From: Catajapyx aquilonaris | Lineage: Eukaryota | Length of the DNA: 64,000 bases | Assembly: GCA_000934665.2 (NCBI GenBank) | Contig: JYFJ02000811.1 | Coordinates: 1 to 64,000 of the forward strand | Direction of reading: 5' to 3' | Part shown: positions 54,501-64,000 of the stretch, piece after piece | Layout: each line of letters opens with the position of its first letter | Position numbering within the stretch: position 1 is the stretch's first letter | Program-made: the position numbers and the translations under genes | Notes under the pieces: generated by a model | Told to the model about the DNA's origin: nothing | Seen by the model: only the letters and a program-made list of their open reading frames with translations | The model's database searches: none

Positions 54501-56600
54501 CACGAATTCCATCCGTTCGCACACTGCCGGATTTTTATTTATTTACGACAAAACTAGTCGATACGTCAAACTGATTTGCAGAGCTCTTCTCTCTTTACTT
54601 TTAGTGTCACGCACAGACCTCACGCCAACTTTCATATTTCCTCCAATATGTGCACATGTTTGTTATATTTGATTTAAACGTGACGTCCCCCTGGTTAATG
54701 TCACGCTCTGTCACGCAGAGATGGCCACCTCTAGGCAGATTCCTAGAGGAACCCGTCACGTGTTGGGTGTTGCGAAAGAGAGGATTTCCGATGATTTTCT
54801 CGAGTGTCTGTCCTGGGACACAGGATATCCTTCCTCCTTGGTTGCCTTTGCAGGTCTCTCCTTTCTCATGGAGCGCACACCGATGGATGTCTGGCGGGGG
54901 CGCAACCTGGACACGCGTGCGAAGGGTTGAAGGAAGGCTCTTTCCTTTGCGTGTGGCCTCCCGGGCGGCTAATTTCGCACCAAATGCGCCGAATCCAAAA
55001 GGCCGAGCCTTAATCGGGACCGGCCATCATGATGGGGGCCTATTTCCTCTTCCGTTTCTCTCCACTGCGGGGGGAATATATAATTATCATAAATGAATGT
55101 AGGTCTTCTCACGAGAGGTTAATAGCTTTGACAGTGAATTATAAGCAATGATGTTTATTTCCGGCTGATTATTGTTGCGGGGCATACGAAACAAAAGAGT
55201 AAGTGGAAAAGGTCGGATTATGAAACTCGGATCAGTTCCAGCGATAAGGGCTTACAAACACGTACAACCACGGGGCAATCTGTCCATAATTAATCTACAT
55301 GTTGCGAACAGCATGGCGTCCGACCTTGCCAACAATCTGACAAGAGCCGTTTAATAATGCGGTGGACATTAGTCTGATAAGTGTATCGCCCGTTTTTGTG
55401 TACATGTACGTATAAATGTGATAATTAAGTGTCGGAAACCTGAAGATACCGTAAGACCAATTTTGCATATTGTAGGTTTTCTAACAAGGTTGTCAGAGGC
55501 GTCGCATGTAAATAGGGGCAAAAACAACTTGAAAATCAATATGCCCGAATAATTTTTTTGTTAAATTTTCATGAGAAAGTGAAGAACTAACTGACGTTTG
55601 TAAAAAAATGTCCACAAACCCTATATTTCTCAATGAACTATTTATTCAAATTGAATCCAACCACTAGAAGTGTTCTCTTGGTGACGATCCACAATTGGTC
55701 TAATTAATACACAGGGGGTTTGTGACTCGTACTGTCTTACAAGTCCTATTACCCCCATGGGAACTACTGGTTTTGAAGTGTGGAAGGCAGTGAATAGAGA
55801 GGAGTGTATAGCAGGTCTTCTCTTTCTCTCAGGGGACCGATGGTCCTTTGATAAAAAAGGCCCGCTGGCTGCCTAACGACCTCCGCCCTGCGGTTGCCCT
55901 GTCCCTTATATCCTCGTAATGTCTGGCCAGGGAACGTTGGGAGGCGTTGGAATGATCGAATTGGCGACTGGCTCCCAGGAAAGAATGGCCACAACTCAAA
56001 CGCCCTTTTTGGGGGGAAAAGAACCCGGCTCGTTTGGGGCCCTCCTCAGATTAATGGCAGGCCTTGTCTGAAATGGATTCCGTGATGGGGGACTTTGCTG
56101 ACAACCATGGCTACCTGTCCACTGATTCACGTAAAACCTGGCTTTTTTACGGCCACCACAAAGCCTGACAGGAATCTTGCACTCGGCCCAGCTGCATTCA
56201 TACATATACTTATAAGGTGGCCGATATGTGGACCACTATTGAAGCTTTTGATTTGACAAAATATTTCTGGTGGAGTCGAGGGAAGGTGATGGAGTGGTGT
56301 TGGTAAGGCCTTCCGGTTTTGGATGCCATTCACATCCATCACTCTTGTGCGGGGCCTGTTCTCCTTTTTATTTCGCATAACTTGGCGTGTCTCCATCACT
56401 TCTTGCTCCTGGTGCTTTTAACCCATTTTGCATTCTCGAAGGCGAGTTATGATTTAATGCGCAAATATTTTCGGATGATATTTCACAGACGGTTGCTGGA
56501 ATATTACATTGTTGCTTAGTTGGTTTAGAACGCTGAAAAATAATATGAAGAGGAAAAATCAGAGCGACAAGTTCCACTTAGATCCACAGTATGGGCTATT

Positions 56601-56606
56601 TTTATT
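56601..56606 (-). terminator. Candidate polyadenylation signal (AATAAA) of the apterous-A-like gene
   Basis: First TTTATT I noted on + downstream of the stop at 57182. Other candidates at 56367, 55641 and 55154. Confidence 0.3.
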
Positions 56607-57181
56607 GTTTTCTTGCATTTAACTTCAGCGATTATGCCGTCCATAAAACTGCGTTCAAAAAAAAGCCGACCACATATTAGCTCGAGTGTGAAATGACAGG
56701 AAAAAAATTTGCGACACACACCCAAATGAGTCAATTTTTTAAAACTATACACATTAAACTGCACTGTACAAATGTCTTGCTCCGTATATTTTCGAGTGTG
56801 TCCAAATAAGGTTGACGTCACACTTCGCATGCTAACAGGTGACACGAATCGAGGAGGGTGAGGATGAATGAGTCCGGCCAGACGGGGCGTCCAATTTATC
56901 AAAGAAACAATTAGGGAAGGCAATTCCCGCCGCTTCACGGGGGGAACAATCCGGTGGACTGTGATTGATTGACCGGTGTCGTCGGATGATATCGAGGGGG
57001 CGAGGGGGGGTTGAGATATCGGCGAAAATCAACGCGCGTGAACACACACTACATGCGAGGTGGTATTTGGGTTGAGTACTGTTCACACACACACAATGCA
57101 CCGTTTACAAGGGGTACGAGTGACTCTGACGTCTTTGGGACATTTTTCGACACCTTTGTTCTGTAATTAGTAGTGTGGCCA

Positions 57182-57379
57182 TCACGCCTGGTCGCTGTCC
57201 AGATAGAACTGGGGACTCTGCTCCTCTGTGGTGATCGTGGTGGGTCCTCCGTACTGTTGGTTCAACGACGTCGGCACCATTTCGGCCAACGATCCGGATT
57301 CTTGAGCCTTCTCCGGACCTTTTCCTTCCTGCTTCAGCATCATCCGTCGCCATTTGGCCCGCGCGTTTTGGAACCACAC
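57182..57379 (-). CDS. ap: apterous-A-like gene, terminal coding exon
   Basis: Acceptor gttgcag|GTG at 57379. Encodes VWFQNARAKWRRMMLKQEGKGPEK...FYLDSDQA, then TGA (57184-57182). RRMMxKQ after the homeodomain resembles fly Ap. The preceding intron is 57380-61397 (4018 nt). Confidence 0.95.
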   Translation of the reverse strand: MWFQNARAKWRRMMLKQEGKGPEKAQESGSLAEMVPTSLNQQYGGPTTITTEEQSPQFYLDSDQA

Positions 57380-58128
57380 CTGCAACGACACAACAACAGC
57401 ATGTTAGCAACAATAGCAGCGATTCTGTAACCGCTACTGAAAATAGCAGTGAGCCTAGTGGGTCGAAAATCGCTGTTGGCATATTGTCGAACCCATAATG
57501 GTTAGCCCCGAGGCCCGGATCTTTCCCTTCCTGTATGCTTACGGATTTTGGATAATAGGGTTTTGTATCATGACCCGGGGCAGGTCGTCTGCCGGCTATT
57601 TTACTGCCCCCCCCCCCNCCCCCCATGATTTTTTGTGAAGTCGTTCACGGTTTAGGGGAATGGGAGACGTGCGCGGTCCCACGCTTAGCATGTTACATTT
57701 GCCCCGTGGCATGACTCTGATCATTACATGGTCTACATTTCAGCTATTCGCTCGTGCGTAATACCTGAAGAAATTATCGTCAATGGTGTGTGCCTTTCGA
57801 TTTCACAAATCCAGTGACGATTACACAGAAAACTTGGCACCCCCCTTTGCCTTGTGGGTGTCTGTCAGACGAGCGCGAGTGATTTGGCCTGATTAGTCAA
57901 AGTGGCAAATTGCATGCCCCGTGTTTACATTGCGGCTTCGGGAGGTGCAAATATGCCAACCACGTCGAGGGGACCTACGGAGAGTCCCACAACACCCATT
58001 TCTCACAGCACCCTCTCTCCTCCATGCCCCCGTGCCTTCTTCTTTTGTGGCTTACTCAGCTACACCAACTGGATGCCTCACCTATATGGGCACGGAGCCC
58101 AGATCTACCCAGGATATAAAAAAGAATC

Positions 58129-58158
58129 AAGAAGAAGAAGAAGAAGAAGAAGAAGAAG
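58129..58158 (+). repeat. (AAG)10 microsatellite in the last intron of the apterous-A-like gene
   Basis: Direct reading. It explains the spurious poly-E/poly-R ORFs here. Confidence 0.9.
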
Positions 58159-61100
58159 AGCATGTTAAAATCATTTTATATAAAATACTGCATCACGATA
58201 TAAATGTGGTGGAGAAATATTTCCGGCACAAAATAATATTCAGCCATATCATTAGATTTCAACATGACGAGACTTTAAAAAGAGAGACAGTGCAGACTTT
58301 TCCCCGAGTGCATTGCATATAGCGGTAAGAAACTGTTTACACTCCCCATGTGCAATGGAAAGGTTTTGTTGACTTGCTATGTGCATTAACACGGAAGTAG
58401 TATTAGTAACCAACTGACGTGAGAATCTCAAAAAGCTGCCCAGGACTAGTTATGAGTGGAAGAAATAGTGATGTATCAGTCACCTATAATGTAATATTCT
58501 CTTAAAAAACACTATCGCAGACATGTGAGTTGCATAATATCCTCTTAAATTAGCATCGTATGACGCAGATAGGAAGAGATCAGAATGTACAATTTTTTCT
58601 GCAACTTTTTACATACAATGCACTAGCTACACGTGAAGGAAGGGAGCTAATATGTTGCAAGACCTAAAAATTCACCGAGTCGCGCAAAATCTTCATGTAT
58701 GTGCTTGAATTTCTACCAATCCTTATAGCAAATCAGGATACTTGCCATTTTTAGCTGTAACAATTATCACACGTTAAGGCAAGTGTGTGGTGTCGCAACG
58801 GAAGTTAACCGCAAAACGTAAAGGTTTTCCTCGTTCCTCTTCAACTAAACAGAACATGCGTTACGAAATGTGCTGCTGATCCCACATTGCAATCAATTTT
58901 CTAAATCAATTGCATATGAAGTGTCATTAAAACAGTCCTGCGTTTTAGTAGAAAAAGGCGGTGACACGTTACACCATTGTTTGGCATACCCCTCATGTAA
59001 CATGGGGTCGGAAACACCCTGTACACCCAGTTTTTCTTCTGCCTGACCCCCACCTTTCCTTTTCTAAAGTTTCACCCAGCAGTGATTTTTCATCGAGGAT
59101 GTCTTCTACCCCCCTTCGCACCGTAATGGATGCCTGGGACGTCGCAACGCCATCTGGAAGTGGAAGGTTTACATTGGCCTGGTGTCACGCGCTGCCTTCC
59201 CCTGTCAATTAGCCCAATAAAAAGAAGTTCCTCTGGTGTCCCCCCCCCCCCAACCACACCNTCCGGCAGCCTGAAACGTGAAATGCCTGGCATCGTAGCG
59301 GCTGCCGTTCCACCCAAAGAAAAGGGTGTCGCTTCCCGACGAGAACCAGACAACGGAAGCAACTACGTGCCAGTCTGGACTATACACCATACCACACCAC
59401 GGGGCACACCTGCTTCGGCAGCCATCATGAATATCAACACCTTCGAATATCGATATTATTGGCCGAAATATACTGAACATCGATATTGAATGGTGGTATA
59501 TCAAATATCCATATTGATGGCGTATAGATTTATTGAATATCGATTTTTGTGATTTTAGACGTCTATAATTATTCACTGTTTGGTCCTAAAATCGCCCATA
59601 CCGTTCGACCATGCGTAGGTACAATGAATGGTCCCGGCCATATTCTAGTCTGAGCAAAATTAGTACCCGAGCGACGCCCAAATAGTCCGTGGCTTCGCCC
59701 CACCCCCTCCCTTGAATCTGATTCCGCACATTCTGTAGGGGCAGAGGCGCGTGCTACGAGTTTGTCTGATCTAACAAAAGGCACAGAGGGAACAATGCGG
59801 CCGCTTGGAAAACGGAGACAGGTGCCCTCCTGCGACAAATTATGGCCCGTCTGACAGCCCTAGCCGCCAACCCATCCTTGAACCAAAAGCCTGCTGCGTA
59901 TAAAGTGTTACTATACAGTGTGTGTACAACACACACACGCAAATTGCGTTCGTATCGATTCATAATGGCATTGTGACAAACTTTTTTTATGGCGACGAAC
60001 CGGTTCAGTAAGTGATAAGTAATGAGGTTTCGATGAAACACCTGCTTACATGTAGCGAATTATATGGCAATTTCATGCGATAATAATAAAATAATTGTCC
60101 GTTTTCAGAAAACAACACCTGCAAGCCTCAGATGACCAGAAAGGATAACTAGTTACAGTTCTGACAAAGTAACAGTTACTTAACAATTTTAATTACACAC
60201 AAGAATCGCGAGAGTATAACAAGACAACGCTGCCGGAAGCTGCAGGTAAGACACATTGGCATGTTCATATTAGGTCGGCAAATCGGAAACTAACGGAACC
60301 TGAAATTGTTGATCCGAATTAGCATGCCCTCATTATCATGTCCGTCGACTTGTTACATGTATAGCGGTTCGGCATAAGGTTTTTCTTGTTTCGATCCGAG
60401 CGCGGATAACACTGTAGGCGTCACGTCTGTTCCATTCGGTACAGTGAATCGCATCGGACAAGGTCCTCAACAATCTTGGCCATCTTTCACGAAGCCTTGC
60501 AAGACAACATCTCCTTGACCACATGCAACTCCCACCGATGTCCGACTGCTCCTTTCCTCACCTACACTGTCCGAGAAACCACCGTTATTTCCGGGTCTGC
60601 CCAATGGGTCAAACTCACCCCTGTTTATGATCATACCTGGAACTAATTTTTCAACCTAATGCACCATTTTAACATGGGAATGATCGAGAGAGGTGTAGTT
60701 TATTTGTCGTCTCGAACAGCGGGGATGGTTTTACCCCCCTGTGGTTCACGACTCTTTTGCATACACCATATTCGGCGGGGGCAGTCCTACTTTGTCACAG
60801 GGGAGCAAGTTTTTGTCCCACATTTTTTGGACCTGTTACGATGACTGATTCGCGCGGTGTGTCCTCCATGCCGCGTCTGGAAAACGGGAGCTAAATAATA
60901 TTGGTATTTGCATTGTTAATGCTGCCATTTCCTGTGTCTTTTGACATATGGACAGTGTCCTACCGAGACAGGACAAGAGGATTACAGCGGTGATGGGTTC
61001 GTCCCTTGTAATATGCAGTTTGGGTTTTTTATGCGGTTTGAAGGAGGGACTGGAATGTTCAGCTGCCTTTTCTAATTGTTTATTGCTCATTTTTACAATC

Positions 61101-61397
61101 TTCAGTCAGGTAAATATTCCCCGATATGCTTTAGCGACCTAGCCACACCTGATGCCCACCAACTAACCGAATGGTCAGCCGTTAAAATACCTGACTCGAC
61201 AGGTTTGGAATAACCCTTCCATATAATTTCACCTGTACAGTTTATTCAATGCTTTTGGGTGAACCCATATATTCCCCGCTAAAGCAAGTTTTCCACGAGG
61301 AATTTTACATCTTTCAACAAAAAACGGTGTAAAAATGCCCAAGCGCGGAAAGTGAGACTCGGACAAATAGCTACGAACAAGAAGACAATCCACCGAC

Positions 61398-61609
61398 CTG
61401 CAACACCCGTTTGGGTAGGCCCGTCTTCTGTGATAGCTGCTTGAGATCCTTGGCATCCGGATTGTGGTTGATGGCAAAGTAGGACTTCATAGTCCTGAGC
61501 TGGTGATGCTTGAAGGAGGTGCGCATTCTCTTGGTTCTCTGGGGCTGTCCGTTCGGGGTCATAGGTCCTCCAGGATAGGCGCCATCCAAGTAGCCGTCGG
61601 CATTCAGGT
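61398..61609 (-). CDS. ap: apterous-A-like LIM-homeobox gene (5' part outside window), penultimate coding exon: homeodomain
   Basis: Acceptor ccccctgcag|AC at 61609 (phase 1). Encodes (D)LNADGYLDGAYPGGPMTPNGQPQRTKRMRTSFKHHQLRTMKSYFAINHNPDAKDLKQLSQKTGLPKRVLQ, which matches the Drosophila Apterous homeodomain as recalled. Donor CAG|gtcggt after 61398. Confidence 0.96.
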
Positions 61610-64000
61610 CTGCAGGGGGTATGCCAAGAAAGGAGGAAAAAAAATGAACATTTCACACACTGATATGCATAGGCAATGTAGATGCAACATGGCTAGTTAT
61701 CAGCGGGTGTCATTATCTCCTGACAGGATTCTCGGATGTTGCGGCAGGGGATGTGGTTGTTTCCACAAGATTGTTCTCGCGGTCTGATTAGGAAGTCAAA
61801 ACAAGTGAGAAAATTGTTCGCGTCATGTTCAAGCCGCAAGCGACTATTTTCCAGCTGCTAGATGAATAACCGGATAAAAATAGTTTTTTAAATGCTGAGA
61901 GGCGGGTTTTCAGCACGTAACGGTACACACATTGGATAGAGCGAAAGACAGATTTTTCGCTGGACGACGGGGTGGCTTGTAAGGGAGAACTGACAATGTG
62001 TCAGCAGAGAAAAGGGCCGGAGAAGATATGCAGCTGGAGCAGGAAGGAGCTAGACATTCCGTCAGTCACTCTAGAGTTCCCATGCTCACGTGCTTGCATG
62101 TGATCATATCGGACAAGTGCATGTGCTTGGGTGATTTTCCGCTGCACAGACGGATTTTGCTGGACACTTTTGTGCATGGTCTGCGCATCCGTTCCTCTGC
62201 ATTGTGCTGAAATATGCTGTTACATTTATTGTTATTTATGAGCGTATCTTGCAAAACAAGAAGGAAGCCAAAACAAGGCAGAAGTTAATGCGTATATGGC
62301 TCATCCAAAATGCATGATTTATTTTGGCAAGACCCCCGGCCAACGGGTAGAGATAGTGAAAAAATAGGCAGGAATCCGCCTGGATATTTAATGGCGAGGT
62401 GCATGTAGGTGGGCAAGAATGTCAACATTTGTGGGAAAGCTGCCACATGGACATGCTGACCTTGATTGTATCTTCAACATGCTCCTCTTCGAGTCAATCA
62501 AAAAGTCTATACATAATCATTAAGGGAAGCGCCTTCTGTCCAGATCGATCTTTCCGATGCATGATTCACGAGCAATATTGTTTGAGGAGATCGTAATCGC
62601 CTCAGGTGTTGAGTCACACATATCTAATGGTAACCTCAGAGAAGTTTCTGATCGATCTAACTTCAGAGAGAGACCCCCAAAGTTTACACTTGAGACCGCA
62701 AATCTTCGGTTGAGCGATGGAGGAACCCTCGGTTGCGGTTTAGAAACAGGTAATTTCTGGCAGCCCAACTTTTCTTCTACAAAAGGTAGTGTCGCGCACG
62801 TGTCGCGGTCTGCGTGACTCACTTGATGCGTAGTACGTGAGTGATATTCCCGTTCCATATCCCGGTCAGAATATTCGTTGCAGGTCATCCAGTGGTGCCC
62901 ATGAGACAAATGTGGCATATGAGCACAACTAATAGAGTCTTCTGCGAATAAGCTTAAGAGAGTTGATGAATGGATTCATGTCCAAATCACGCCTTTCTCG
63001 TTTCTTATCGCGTCGGAGTAAGCCAGGTAAGCAGGGACAATTCGTTCCAAAGGGGGACACCCTTGCCGTTTCCATCGGACAGGGCTATCCATCCTGGACT
63101 GGTCTTTATGCTGCCTGGAGAGAAGGAGGAGACACAAGCTGTGGCAGCAATGAGCACTTTTCCACCAACTCCAACCAGGTGACACTCCCTCCGTTTTATG
63201 CCTCTTTTTGGGCGGGGAGAGAATTCTGTCTTCATAGCATTTCGGCACAACATTGTTTGCATTGTGTTGGTGTCCATTCTGAGAACGAGTCCATCTCAGA
63301 ACTCGGGGGACTCGCTTATCTTCAAACCGTATGCTGCCTTGATGCTGTACTTTCCAAGAAAGGAATGTCCCGGTGACATTCTTGGTCCCAGAAATGCATA
63401 TCAAAATCACTATAGAAGCGCCTGGAGCAAATTGCAGCGAATCAGAAAATTTTAAATCGTATTAAAATGTACAAGAAGGATAAAGTGACGGAATTAAATA
63501 ATTTAATAAAATTCGGGAAATATTATACCATGGCCTCAATGTAGTAGGCTACGCACTGACAGTGAGTGTCCAAATAAATTGTATAGAAACTAACCCAATC
63601 CGGCCATTAATGTTCCTTCTTAATAACTCAATAGTGAGGTGTTGACGTGTCCCGATTGACACAATAATCCGAGTTTCACTTTCGACGCCCAAATTCCAAA
63701 TTATGTAACAAATCAACCACATCAAATCTCAAACCAGTTCCATAAAATCAAAATTCCGCCCAAAAGGCAAAACAAACCGCATAATAACCTGCCTACAGCC
63801 ACGCAACTACCTTCGAATTATACAACTGTCTACCTTCTTTTTTTGTTGTTTTGTTTGTTTCCATCCCGCCAACAAGAAGCCTCCATTCGAATACAAACAG
63901 GGCAATAAATAATACCGTGCGGTCATGATTGGCACACTTCGACATGAAAAACCAACACCTTATTATCGCCTGGCCAGCCTCGGGGCAACACAGGGGTTCG

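Noticed and set aside
6483..59261. Isolated N bases (6483, 17700, 34968, 57618, 59261) in or beside long G/C runs
   Set aside because: Sequencing/assembly ambiguity at homopolymers. Run lengths are unreliable, so no G-quadruplex claim is made.
59433..59547. TATCGATA (DRE-like) and repeated ATCGAT motifs in the last intron of the apA-like gene
   Set aside because: Embedded in degenerate AATATCGAT subrepeats typical of transposon remnants; no other promoter evidence.
60003..60125. ttgcag|GTG acceptor-like site that could give an alternative last exon for the apA-like gene
   Set aside because: Weak pyrimidine tract, AT-rich non-coding-like peptide, and CAGGTG is a common hexamer.

Overview
Eukaryotic, arthropod-like genomic DNA that is almost entirely intronic or intergenic. 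It holds two head-to-tail LIM-homeobox genes of the apterous/Lhx2-9 class, both on the minus strand. The downstream gene (apterous-B-like) has a complete CDS. Four exons (27297-27673, 18853-19235, 8885-9120, 8524-8751) splice in phase to a 407-aa protein with LIM1, LIM2, a KGRPRKRK linker and a homeodomain. It also has a probable GC-rich upstream leader exon/promoter near 33.7-34.2 kb and a ~2 kb 3' UTR. The upstream gene (apterous-A-like, homeodomain matching Drosophila Ap as I recall it) contributes only its last two coding exons (61398-61609, 57182-57379); its LIM exons must lie beyond the right edge. The left edge has a CCAAT/GC-box/RFX X-box promoter-like region, probably of a neighbouring gene. 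The rest has MITE-like palindromes, a 31-bp minisatellite, microsatellites and motif clusters. The best leads are a uORF-rich leader with an in-frame stop just before the start codon and a candidate LIM-only alternative terminal exon. Both are inferred from sequence only. The other ORFs in the track look like non-coding noise. The species cannot be determined.
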